64,000 nucleotides of DNA from Lingula anatina. Lineage: Eukaryota; Animalia; Brachiopoda. Under the pieces are notes generated by a model, which worked only from the letters and a program-made list of their open reading frames with translations, had not been told where the DNA came from and did not search any database. Position numbers and translations under genes: made by a program. Positions 15,201-26,749 of this stretch are shown in pieces (within the stretch, counting starts at the first letter, position 1; each line of letters opens with the position of its first letter). Location of the stretch: positions 28,358,503-28,422,502 of the forward strand of contig CM120640.1 of the NCBI GenBank assembly GCA_051362555.1, in the 5' to 3' direction.

Positions 15201-18200
15201 ACCACCAGCGTTAGCGCTGGCGGTACACATGGTTTTAGTCCCGTCCGGTCCGTTCCGCCGGCTCCGCCGGCTCCTGCGGCTCCGCCGGCTCCGCCGGCTC
15301 CGCCGGCTCCGCCGCCATGTTACCGTTACCGCTTCTCCTCCTAGACGGTAAGGGCCCCCATACCCATCTCTTGGATTTAGGTCACCTATAATCTCAACTC
15401 GTTCCACGTAAAATTTGGGCTTTGTCGGTATTGGGGTCTAGGTGTGGCATTCATTGCAATGCACCCTTGTCCAAAAATGGCAAAATTGAATGCTAATTAT
15501 CTACCCTACGGAAGGAATTATGGGAAAAATTTCTACAGACGGCTTTCCAAAAGTCATATGTGCAGATTTCAAATATGCCCTTGGATTTGACCTTTGACCT
15601 TTATTTCAAGGTCAAACAGGCCAAATTTTTCAAAAAAATGAATTTTTTTACGAAAAAAAAATTATTTGCGCTGTTATTCAGACACCACACAGACTTAACC
15701 AATAATATTATTGGAAAATGATACCCTGCAGGTCATCTTTCATCTCCGTGAATTTGGGGTCAATCGGTGCATTTTAACGGGAGTAGCGGCCATAAGATAC
15801 CGAAACTGAAAACTGTCTCTAATTCGGGAACCGTTAATGCTAGAGACCCATTCTTTTTTGCATTTTGTAGAGCATGTAAAGCCCAACACTGGAGGTGGTC
15901 TCCGTTTTTTTGTATTTCATACGGTTTTCGAGCTACGCTGTATCAAAAAGTACATATTGGTGGTGAAAGCAAAATGTGCAGTACGGTAATGGATAATAAA
16001 TTTTGAACTCTGGAAAAATAAAACATAAGGCTTGGCAAAGCAGACAACTTGTGGTCAAAAATGACATTATTTCATCAAATTTGAACTTCTGGAACTTCAG
16101 AGCACCTCCCATTTCAATGATTTCGACCAAAATGACCTTTTCTTTATTTTAATTAATTTTTTCTGTAGGAAATTTATGGCACATTAAGGTAACTCCAAAA
16201 TTATAACATTTAGTCCCTTATATCTCCAAAACTGGCAGAGATAGGTCCATAGTTACTATTGAAGTTGAATAGGAAGTCATATACTGGCAATCTAAATGTG
16301 ACCTTGAAATTGACCTTTGACCTACTTTTCACCATGAATTGAACTTTGCAAATTTTGCTTCCCTTTTATCTCCAAAACTGGCAGAGATAGGTCCATAGTT
16401 ACTATTGAAGTTGAATAGGAAGTCATATACTGGCAATCTAAATGTGACCTTGAAATTGACCTTTGACCTACTTTTCACCATGAACTGAACTCTGCTAATT
16501 TCTTTCTCTTTTAACTCCAAACCTGGCAGAGATAGGTCCATAATTACTATTGAACTTGAATAGGAAGTCATATACTGGCAATCTAAATGTGACCTTGAAA
16601 TTGACCTTTGATCTACTTTTCACCACGAATTAAACTTTGCAAATTTTGCTTCCCTTTTATCTCCAAAACTGGCAGAGATAGGTCCATAGTTACTATTGAA
16701 GTTGAATAGGAAGTCATATACTGGCATTCTAAATGTGACCTTGAAATTGACCTTTGACCTACTTTTTATCATGAATTGAACTTTGCAAATTTTGCTTCCC
16801 TTTTATCTCCAAAACTGGCAGAGATAGGTCCATAGTTACTATTGAAGTTGAATAGGAAGTCATATACTGGCAATCTAAATGTGACCTTGAAATTGACCTT
16901 TGACCTACTTTTTATCATGAATTGAACTTTGCAAATTTTGGTTCCCTTTTATCTCCAAAACTGGCAGAGATAGGTCCATAGTTTTTATTGAACTTGAATA
17001 GGAAATCATATACTGGCACATATTGGTGGTGAAAGCAAAATGTGCAGTACTGTAATGGATAATAAATTTTGAACTCCGGAAAAATAAAACATAAGGCTTG
17101 GCAAACCAGACAACTTGTGGTCAAAAATGACATTATTTCATCAAATTTGAACATCTGGAACTTCAGAGCACCTCTTATTTCAAGAATTTTGACCAAAATG
17201 ACGTTTTCTTTATTTTAATTAATTTTTTCTGTAAGAAATTTATGGCACATTATGGTAACTCCAAAATTAAAACATTTAGTCCCTTATATCTCCAAAACTG
17301 GCAGAGATAGGTCCATAGTTACTATTGAAGTTGAATAGGAAGTCATATACTGGCAATTTTACTGTGACCTTGAAATTGACCTTTGACCTACTTTTCACCA
17401 TGAACTGAACTTTGCATATTTTTCTTCCCTTTTATCTACAAAACTGGCAGAGATAGGTCCATAGTTACTATTGAACTTGAATAGGAAGTCAGAGATAGGT
17501 CCATAGTTTCTATTTAACTTGCATGGAAAGTCATATACTGGCAATCTAAGTGTGACCTTGAAATTTACCTTTGACCTACTTTTTATCATGAATTAAACTT
17601 TGCAAATTTTGGTTCCCTTTTATCTCCAAAACTGGAAGAGATAGGTCCATAGTTTCTATTGAACTTGCTTGGAAAGTCATATACTGGCAATCTAAATGTG
17701 ACCTTGAAATTGACCTTTGACCTACTTTTCACTATGAACTGAACTTTGCAAATTTCTTTCTCTTTTAATTCCAAACCTGGCAGAGATAGGTCCATAGTTA
17801 CCATTAAAGTTGAATAGGAAGTCATATACTGGCAATTTACTGTGACCTTGAAATTGACCTTTGACCTACCTTATGATGAACTTAACTTTGATTGTACCAT
17901 TTTAAGTTATATATATTTTTTGCATATTTTGAAAATTCTTGTTGATTGCATTTTTACAGCTTGTCAAGCATAAGACTGGTGGCTGTGTCCCTTCTTTTGT
18001 GTATGTGGGGGTCTATACGAATGCGCTTGCTCCAGCTGGTGGTACAATATTCGGAGGCGGTATCGCCTCTCTGATCCTCTAGTTTGCAAAGTGTTGTGTA
18101 AAGGAAATAGGAAGAGCAAAAATGGTTGGTGTGCAGTGTTCAACTAAATATTACATTTGCGATTGAAAGTCATTAGCAGAACTTATGTTAGATTGTATTT

Positions 18201-21200
18201 TTCTTTAAGAATGATTTATTTTAGTTAGCACTGTTTTAAAAAAAATTAAGCCTAAAATGTTTCCTCTTGCAGGACTTTCCAGCAGTTTGAACATCACATC
18301 CTTCAAAGGCAGTGCATTATCTAAAGCTGCACAGACACATTCTTTTAGAAAACTGCGGTCACCATCAAAGTGTCGTGAGTGTGACAGCTATGTCTACTTC
18401 CAGGGAGCCGAGTGTGAAAAGGTGCGCATATATTCTAGTATTATCTGAATATAGTACATTTGAAGTTGTTACAAATATTTTTACTATGCAGTTTACCAAT
18501 GTAGATATTCCAAATCATGATAAAGGAAGATAATATTTGATGTATGTCTTATTCCTCAGTATATTTTAGACAAATTACTATGTATAAAACAACAATTTGA
18601 TCAATTCCTTTCAGTGTGGTCTCGCTAGTCATAAGAAGTGTCTTGAGATTCTCAGCAGTCCATGTGGTCATCGGTCAGTGGAGAGAAGGATGACCATGTT
18701 TGGTGTGGACTTCAATGACCACCTCCAGGAGACACAGTCTGACATCCCCTGTGTGGTGGCCAAGTGTATCCTGGAGATTGACAAGAGGGGATTAGACACC
18801 AAGGTTATTTAACTGCTCTATCAACATATGCATGCATGCATGTGTGTGCATACATGCACATGCACACGCGCACGCACACACACACACACACACACTACTT
18901 AATGCGTAGTGTTTTAAGGGTTACCAGCATTATGTGTCTGAAAAGCACAAATATCTGTCATTTCCGTGTTAGTAACAAAAGAAGATCACCTGCAAAAACA
19001 AAGGATATCAATACCAAAATGCATAGATTAAGTGTTAATGTGTTGAGTTGGCAAACCTGTGTTTATTAGGGACAGTGCTTACATATCTTGTCATGTAAAC
19101 TCTCATCACCTATAGGTCAAAATGTTTTAAGACTAGTATTCATTTCTCAACAAAGATGGGTGCAGTTTGATTATATACCAGTCAGATAGGCAAAAGAACA
19201 TGAAAATATAAGAAGATACAGAAAAATTAAATGTTTTTTTTTATGCACTTTTTAAGTGGTTTTTCTAAATCACAAACATGTTATTTCCAGGGTATTTACC
19301 GTGTGTCTGGTGTGAAATCGAAAGTGGAACGCTTGTGTCAAAGCTTTGAAAATGGTGCTGAAACAGTTGACCTCAGTGACCAGCATACTAATGTTATATC
19401 AAATGTACTCAAGCTTTATTTAAGACAGGTAAGTACTAGACAGTTTTATGTGTCAGAAGTATTGATTTGAATTTAAACGAGTTCAGAACATTTCTCTGAT
19501 ACAAGTAATTCTAGGTTATAGTCTTATAGATTAAAATCACAAATAAATGTATCACCTAGATTGACCCGAATTTCAATAATTTATACTAAAAAATTAAGCC
19601 CTCTTTGAATTTTTAACAAATTTTTGTTCAGTACACTGTGACAACAGTATTGCATTTTTGTCTTTGTAGCTCCCACAGCCGCTCATCACCATAAGTTTAT
19701 ATCCTGAACTGATTAAACTGGCAAAGGTGAGTGCTTTAGAAACAATGAGCTTAATGGTAAATAGTCGAACCCGCAACCCATAAAAGGAAAGTGTCTGTTT
19801 TGTTACTTAAGAGGGATTTCTACTTTCTCTGTGTAGGATATTCATTGGCAAGGCTTCGTAAAATTATGTGTATACACTTTGTTTTGAACTGTTTACAAAT
19901 AATGATATTTTTAAAATGCTAGGCTTTTAATTAAAAATTACTTATTGGGAATATTATAATAGCTATTGAACAGTTTAATATCTTTCTCTATGAGATGTAT
20001 TTTTCGTGTTGTCAGGAAGAAACAGGGTCTTCTGGGGAGCCAGCTGACAAGATGGTTATACTACGACTTCGAGAACTAGTCACATGCCTGCCAAAAGCAA
20101 ACTTTAAGACCCTCTCTGTCATATTACATCACTTGAAAAGGTACAAATGACCATATTGTTTCTAGAATATTTTGAAAACGTTATGGAACTACGTTTACCT
20201 GCACTTCTCTGAAGGTATAGGTTCATTTTGGAATTTGACAGATTATAGAAGAGCAAAAGTGGTAAAAATTTTCACATATTAACTAAGAGAAAAGAAAATT
20301 TCATTTATTGATATTTATATTTGTTATCCAGGGTATCTGATGAAGAGGAGTTGAACCAGATGTCATCAAGTAATTTGGGTATTGTGTTTGGACCGACTCT
20401 ACTGCGGCCTAGTGAAGGGACAGCCTCTCTGAACTCATTAATGGACACTCCACACCAGAGCAGAATTATAGAACTTCTTATTGACAATGTTGAGGTAAGT
20501 GCTCAAAGCCACGAGGATGAGGGTCATGTTGTCATATATATCTGACATTTTCAAAGTTCCTAATAAAGATTTATATTAGATATTAGTTTTTAACATGTTA
20601 TTTTTAATAGAGAAGTGTCTTAGTAGTTAATTTTAAAAATTGTGTGTATCTTCATGTTGTAAAAGATAATTTATATTGCTGTTATTACAGGATATTTTTG
20701 GGGCGTCCCCACCCTTAACCAGTGAGACCCCAATAGAAAAGGTCAGGCTGGGGTCACAACATGAGGTCAAACTGGGGTCACCTGCCAGTGAGTAAAATTT
20801 ACTAGGTTTAGGCTACATATAGCTTGTATTGTGAGTAACAGGAATTGAGAATTAACATCAAGTGGTATGATTTTAGGAAGTGTCACATTTACTTGACTCA
20901 AATTTTTCCTGCTTTTGTTATATGATAGATAATAAAAAAAATTGTCCTCTTGCTTGCAGTGTCCTCTATAGATGGTGCCAGAGCCAACAGCACCAAGCAA
21001 ACCAGGTAAGAAAGGTGTTTTATGTCTGGCAGAAAAAAGAGAATGGTCATATTGTTTTACCTTAGTCTAATCTTTTTACTCAGGAATACCAATTTACCCA
21101 ACACATTCATATTCTAAGTGGATTTACTTGAACTATATATGCAACTTATCTTCTAATCTTGAGGTGGCTTACCTTTTAAGTTTAACTTGAACAAGCTGTA

Positions 21201-24200
21201 ATCTGATGATGTACTTGGTATAAAATAATGTGCTCACTTCTTTGGAGTGTTCATGGTTTTTCTGTTAAAGTTACATTGAGCAGTTGAGATGAGAAAGAGT
21301 TTTATAGCTGATAAGTATAATTCAACTCTATATTGCAGAGCTGATGTATCAAGTGACAGCATAGAAGAATCATTTCTGCAATCCAAAGAGGGAAGTCAGA
21401 GGAAGGTAATTCAAAATGACTTGAAATGACAAGACTTGTGATGGAAAAAAAAAAAACACCCATGCATTAGTAAATATTCTTAACGAGATATGACTTAATG
21501 CGCTCTTTAGACCCAAGTCTCATCATGTTTGCAGTGTCTTCTTTTTATTTGTAGGAGAGTCTGAGGCACATATTGCTTCCTGGCAGTACAGAATTACAGA
21601 GTCCAAGAGAAAGTGTGGATGAAAATGAGAAAACAGAAAGTGAGGAAGAGTTAGCAACTGGTAAGAACATTGCATTCAGTCTTACAGTACACATAACATT
21701 TGGTCTATTATTTAAATAGCATCTTGCATTTGAAAAAATATATTCCAAATAAGCTTTTGTGATTTTCTGTAAAGTTATATGTTTCTTGCAAGATTTATCA
21801 CATCAGTCAGCTTCGAATGCACCAAACATTATCACTCTGACGATTAAGGATTTTGTTTTGCCAATATGATACTAATTTGTTGTCACTGTAAACTAATCAG
21901 CACTGGTAATAAGCAAGATATTTTATTAACAATTTTTCATGCTTAAGGCAGATGTTTTCTTAAAGTCAGAAAATAAATTAAACAAAGTATTACACATTGT
22001 TGAAGAGAATGATTATGCCGTAAGATATCATTAATTGAAATATTAAAGGAAAAAATGTCTGCCTTTTAATCATGATTTTTACCATGCAGCATGTTAACTG
22101 CTGGCGTGCATTATTTTATTTTTCCATATCCATTAAATGATTTCAATTATTTTGATTAACTGCTGTTTGCATTATGACTACTAATGTTTGCATTTTATTT
22201 TGTTGTTGGATCTCTGCCATATATATATATTCCATGCACTACCTTTGTTCCTGTTCTAGGCCTTTCTGACTCATTAGCTCAAGATGTCATTGGTTACATG
22301 GACACTTTTTTTCACAACTGAGAGTCCAAGCCTGTTGGAAATTTTATATAAAAAAGGGTCAGGCTATCACCATCAGTGTCATAATCCATTTAGCATGTGT
22401 ATTTATTTTATTAAAGGGTTTAGGAAAGCTAACATGAAATTCTTTTATCAAGCATGCCAATTTTTATTTAACTGCGAGACATTAGTTAATAGTCTAGTAC
22501 AGCTCCTCCTTAGTTCTTGGTGTACATTTTGACTTTGAAATTGTTTTAAAATCTTGCCCTCTGATTTTTATTTGACCCTTGGATTAAAGCCAGAAGTTTT
22601 AAAATATTTTTTATTGAAGGTGTTGGTAAATTGATGTTTGGGTGCTGGAACTTCAGTATTTATATTAGCTGGAAAGATGTCAAGTGAATCCTGAAATGAG
22701 TTTTTTTTTATCCTTACATGCATGTTGACATCTCAGATTGTATTTTTCTATGCAACTTTGTACTTTATAATCAATGGCTACATATGTTTGCAATCATTCT
22801 TTAAAATCATCCCAGTCATTTCAAAGTTGACTTTACTCGAGCTCTTGTACATAGTCAGAGATCTTGGATATAATTGGACTAAGATTTGGAAGTGAAAAAT
22901 CTATGGTATTTCCATAAACTGGAATATTGTTCTTTCATGGAAATTTTATTTTTATTGCAAAGATAGTTTTTGACAATTTGAGTGACCACTTAAATCATTT
23001 TAAAAATCACCTAAGAATAATATTTTTTTTTGCACTGAAATGACGAACTTGAAAATTGTAAATTGTAAAAACTCAAATGAAAAAATTTGTTCTAGTTGAC
23101 TTTAAATCCTCCATTACCATCCTTTTCTAGATTTGTAGCCCCCTCAGGTAATTTCATTTAAATAGTACTATACAAGCCAGTTGAATACGCATTTCCTTCC
23201 ACAGTGATTTACCAGAAAACCCCAGCTTGTTGAATGGTGACTTATCACCCTCTCAAGACTCATATCTTTGAATGTAAAGATTGCATCAGCTGTGCTAGCT
23301 GCCCTACCTATTTTAGCTCTGAAATCCTTCCTACAGAACCATGAACAAAGATAGAGCATGGAAAGTCCAGGAGTTTTACTGCAGGGTCTGTGTACTGTGT
23401 GCATTACACTGCATATAAGATATAAGGATAATTTACAACATTTTAGGCCGTGATGACACATATTTGTTAGGAGATATCTTGATATTTTGATACTTAAAAA
23501 AACATTTACTGCTGAATTAATACTGATTAAAACAGATGTGTGTAATGCTCAGACACTGAAAAAAAAACCCTGCAGTAAATCCAGATAAATGACCTTGATC
23601 CTGCACCAGTTGCCATTATAATTTCCCAGATCCAGATTTTTCCTTCACCACTGATTTGGAGTCAGATGATGAACTGCCTGACACCCTCCTACCCGACAGT
23701 TCTGCACCCTCCCCCACACCTCCCAAAGTGCACTCCCCCCTTGCACGTATTGCAGGTAGGAAGGAGAAGGACAGCTGCAAGCATAAACAGCACAAGATCT
23801 ATTTTTTTATATGATCTATTTTTTATATGTACCGTTATTTTTTATATGTAGATATCATGTGCTGTTGTTGTGGTTACAAGTGGGAAATGGGAAAATATTT
23901 GAAATTTTGAGGGTTTGGTGGGACTTCAGCCTTTCCCAGTTATAAATTTCATGCTCACAGAGGATTTCAAGCCATCACCCACAAATTATTCAATAACACT
24001 GATTAATTACTTACTCAAAAAATCAATATCGTAGTTATGTTGGGTATTGAATGAACATAAAGTGGCCGGGTTAACTACTGTTGTAATGTGTTTATTTTTG
24101 TTTTAGCAGTGTAACTTTTCCCACTACTCAAGTTTTCCCTCTTCTCACATTTCCCTTGTCCAGTCGTATTAAGTGTACTATACCCTGATCCCCACAATAT

Positions 24201-25443
24201 GAACCTGCATAACAGCATGTACAACCATGATTAATTTACTGCTTATGAATTTTTATCACTTTTTGAGTTTCCTGTTTATTGCCTGTAGGCCTCTTCGTTA
24301 TTATTTTCTGTTGTTTTAAAAAGATTTAGAATTTTATGTTAAATTTTTAATCGTCCAATATGCACTTCTGTTTTGGATTGTAATGTAATAGCTGTAGAGG
24401 CATGTTGTGTGGTTTTGTTTTCATAACTTTGTTTTATTTTATGTTGCTTACGTGTAATCACTAGAATGCATACTTCAGTTTCTAATCCCTGTTTATCAGT
24501 AATAAATACATAATGAATTCTCATGCACTGGTTCATCAAATTGTAGTTTCTCTTTTACATATCCTGTTCATTTGTAGGTGTGTCATCCAGCTCCAAGTCC
24601 ACCAAAGCTGTTTCAACAAGTGCATTACAGTTGGCTCAGACTCAAACTCTCCCTACAAAGACACCTAGTATGTTATCAGCAGATTCATTTGATTCACCAG
24701 GAACGAAAACCCGTAGCACATCCTTGCAGATTGGCACAAAGGAGGCGCCGCAGGAAGATAAAAGGCGTTCTTTACCCTCTGATGTGCTAAGTAGCAGAGA
24801 GAGTTCTACTGGAAACCCCAACAGGTCCTCATTGTTTATGGACCTAGGAGGGCCTATAGACTTTGGTCACCATCGTAATCTTTCTATTCAGACGGGGCGC
24901 ATGTCGCCAGGGCAGTCAGGAAGTGTGTCCTCCTCAACTGGTGGAAAGCAGTCAGCCACTCAAGGCACTGGATGGAGCTCGCCTGCTGGCCAAGGCCGGC
25001 AATCCCCCGTGACCAGTGGTTCTTCCTCCAAGGGAAGCCAGGCCTTAATCCCTAGTCAGCGTAGTATCACAGACTCTTCCAGTAAAAGTCCCAGTAAACA
25101 GTCCCCAAGTATAAAGCAGCCCCTTCTCCCTACCACAGTGTACACAGTCCCACCAAACAGGGGCGCTGCCACCACCGTCACCACCACTAGCAAACCAAAG
25201 AGCAGTCCCTCTTCTTCTACCAAATTCTCTCCTTCATCAAGATCAGTGTTTTATGCCGGAGATATGGTGACAGAGGTACCAAGCAGATCCACTTTCTATG
25301 CACAAGAACTGGTTGATATTCCAGTGGAGCCCGAGCGTGGAATAGAACGGGGCACATCTGCCTATAGTTCAGGTAGCAGTAGTAATGGGTCTTCATCACC
25401 AGGTGGCGCTAAAGCCATCAAGAGAGAACCAAGATATGTTTGA
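1426..25443 (+). CDS. ARHGAP45: Rho GTPase-activating protein, ARHGAP29/ARHGAP45(HMHA1)/GMIP family (F-BAR + C1 + RhoGAP), 5'-partial, multi-exon
   Basis: GT-AG exons with continuous frame: 1426-1563, 2205-2269, 5040-5084, 6961-7026, 8464-8544, 8891-9073, 12718-12795, 12945-13004, 13297-13353, 13843-13979, 14342-14430, 14979-15179, 18273-18421, 18615-18803, 19291-19428, 19670-19726, 20016-20140, 20332-20494, 20691-20787, 20960-21005, 21339-21405, 21555-21660, 23630-23755, 24578-25443 (TGA). F-BAR: ELDAILLRLESGVELALQRAKAWSKYAKDIMTYVEKKSTLESEYARNL...RRLEHDRVRK...TYKACVVEAN. C1: HSFRKLRSPSKCRECDSYVYFQGAECEKCGLASHKKC. RhoGAP: GIYRVSG (Arg finger), KLYLRQLP, NQMSSSNLGIVFGPTL. Ser-rich tail ends PRYV. 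The symbol is approximate; this is probably co-orthologous to ARHGAP29/45/GMIP. Confidence 0.93.
2281..2522. repeat. Degenerate long palindrome / foldback (old MITE-like)
   Basis: Arms ggatcgatc..ccctgggga..ctaagttgttatca..ggcttaaacatctgtcacg..agggtaa pair with ttaccccta..cgtgacagacatttaagcc..tgatagcaatttag..ccccaggg..gtcgatcc. Centre near 2398. Confidence 0.8.
3168..4504. mobile_element. Non-autonomous DNA transposon, hAT-like (~1.3 kb)
   Basis: Perfect 14-bp TIRs CAGTGTTTCCCCTG / CAGGGGAAACACTG, flanked by tgtgtgt on both sides (candidate TSD within a TG tract). Subterminal AGCGAGGC repeats at 4413-4470, internal GGGGGGTCCGGGGGCATGCCCCCCCGG motif, no transposase ORF, more CpG than the flanks. 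Confidence 0.8.
5108..5284 (+). repeat. Local tandem duplication with (AAC)n and (TA)n microsatellites
   Basis: tacacatattaataattacaaggatcagaacaacaac...(TA)n occurs twice, at ~5108 and ~5231. Confidence 0.85.
6224..6254. repeat. (TG)n microsatellite
   Basis: Read directly from the sequence. Confidence 0.9.
8622..8790. mobile_element. MITE with CAGGCC(T/C)GTAGC(T/C)AG terminal inverted repeats
   Basis: Starts caggcctgtagctag and ends ctggctacgggcctg. A related fragment lies inverted at 63774-63829. Confidence 0.72.
13571..13731. mobile_element. MITE with GGGGCGGAT-type ends, copy 1
   Basis: agggcagatccag ... atctgccccc ends. The core ccgacagaaaaaattagat...tgtaaact...ctgact...gaagacccagaa is shared with 29713-29833. 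Confidence 0.65.
15255..15316 (+). repeat. 9-bp GC-rich minisatellite (CCGCCGGCT)n in the Helentron 5' region
   Basis: About 6 near-perfect copies of ccgccggct. Confidence 0.85.
16222..17870 (+). repeat. 146-bp satellite-like tandem array inside the Helentron element
   Basis: Unit ATCTCCAAAACTGGCAGAGATAGGTCCATAG...TGACCTTGAAATTGACCTTTGACCTAC... starts near 16222, 16368, 16514, 16659, 16805, 16951, 17288, 17434, 17622 and 17768. The array is interrupted at 17018-17287 by a copy of 15952-16221. Confidence 0.92.
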
Positions 25444-26743
25444 AGTATTTCAACCTATAGCGTTGAATAAGGATGAGACCACAGTTATGCAGTTGAAATT
25501 TTATTTTTGAAATTTATTCCTTGTAGGAATAATTTACTTAAACAAGTGGTGGATATGTGTAAAAGCATGTTTGATTTTTTACTAAGTCACAGATAAAAAA
25601 AAAATCTGGCCAGACTGAAGAGTTTGTTTGAAATAGCCACCATGTGGCTTCTGTGATTTGAGATGTCGTATATGCTACACTAAGCAAATTGGCAGTTAAG
25701 TTGTCAAGTATAAGGCAAGGAATCCACAACTTGACATTGGTGTTGTGTCATTTGCAGATTTTGTTTCTTGTTTGACTGAGATCCCAGTTTAGTGGCACTC
25801 TACTGAAGTAACAGTGTGTGGGATATGATTTTTGAAATGTTTCTTTGACTGAATTAGATTAAATTTGTAATTTTGCATAGATTTGATCTTTTATACTCTT
25901 CTGGATGTTAAAGAAAGACATCTTTTAAACGTGAAAGGCATTGAAGGATAATTTTATCTGCCTTTTAATGTTAAATTCATTTATGGTTTTTGTTTGAATA
26001 TATTTGCTGACAATAAGCCTTGTGAATGTGCTTGTTTCTTAGACGAAATTTTAAGAGAGATGAAAATTTCAAGCTTTGAACAAATGTATGAAAATTGTTA
26101 ACAATAAAATGGATTTCCTGCAAAATTCTATTTTTGCCAATACCAAGACAGGTTCTAATGTGGAAGTGAAGGCAATATGCTAAGCTTGAGCTGGTACAAA
26201 TATTTCAGACAAATAAACATACAGTAATGGCATGCAAAAAAATTCTTTTTCACTGAAATATCTGTCATTTGTGAAGAAACTGCATGGTCTGTTGTACAAA
26301 TTAGATGTTTAAGTTGAAATTATTGTCTCGTTGGAAAATTGATGAAGTACAGTGTTGTCAAAATAGATTTAAAGTACAAGTTAGATATTCTAATACAAGG
26401 CAAGTTTTGTCTATGATCTGCATAGGCAGTTTACATGTACCAAAGGCATCAAAGATAGAAACAGTATTAAGCTTGGAAGTTCACACAGTGGCTAGCTGGG
26501 TATTTCTTTTTGGTTTGGTATACCACACAGTGTAGGGCAGTATTAAACCGATACTTACAATTTTATATGCAAAGCATGATTGTGATGTAACTGTTTCTTT
26601 TTTACTGGTTGATATATAGAATACAATTGTTTTACATGCTGTTGCAATAAGTTATATTGTATATTTAGTGTATTCTCTACTACTGTCAATACTTTATTTA
26701 CATGCACTGCGGTATATTCTGCGTGTGCATTGACTATTGCTGC

Positions 26744-26749
26744 AATAAA
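26744..26749 (+). promoter_or_regulatory. Probable polyadenylation signal of the RhoGAP gene
   Basis: AATAAA about 1.3 kb after the stop codon, followed by T/GT-rich sequence and a change in composition (CpG-poor to CpG-rich) near 26900. Confidence 0.5.

Larger units (their letters stand above)
15193..18082 (+). mobile_element. Non-autonomous Helentron-associated element (HINE/DINE-1/pearl-like) with internal tandem array
   Basis: 5' subTIR TATTGTACCACCAGC (15195-15209) forms a hairpin with the adjacent cgctggcggtaca. It is followed by a GTCC/GGCTCCGCC microsatellite. The matching 3' subTIR GCTGGTGGTACAATA is at 18035-18049, then a stem-loop GAGGCG-gtat-CGCCTC and terminal CTAG (18079-18082). 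T-rich flanks, no TSD. Confidence 0.85.

Noticed and set aside
15117-15407. ORFs with PPAPPA / RRSRRS repeats
   Set aside because: They are translations of the 9-bp minisatellite in the Helentron.
16222-17870. Regularly spaced repeats superficially like a CRISPR array; ORFs 16329-16571, 16915-17196, 17395-17825
   Set aside because: Whole units repeat with no unique spacers, the context is a eukaryotic intron, and there are no cas genes. The ORFs are by-products of the satellite.
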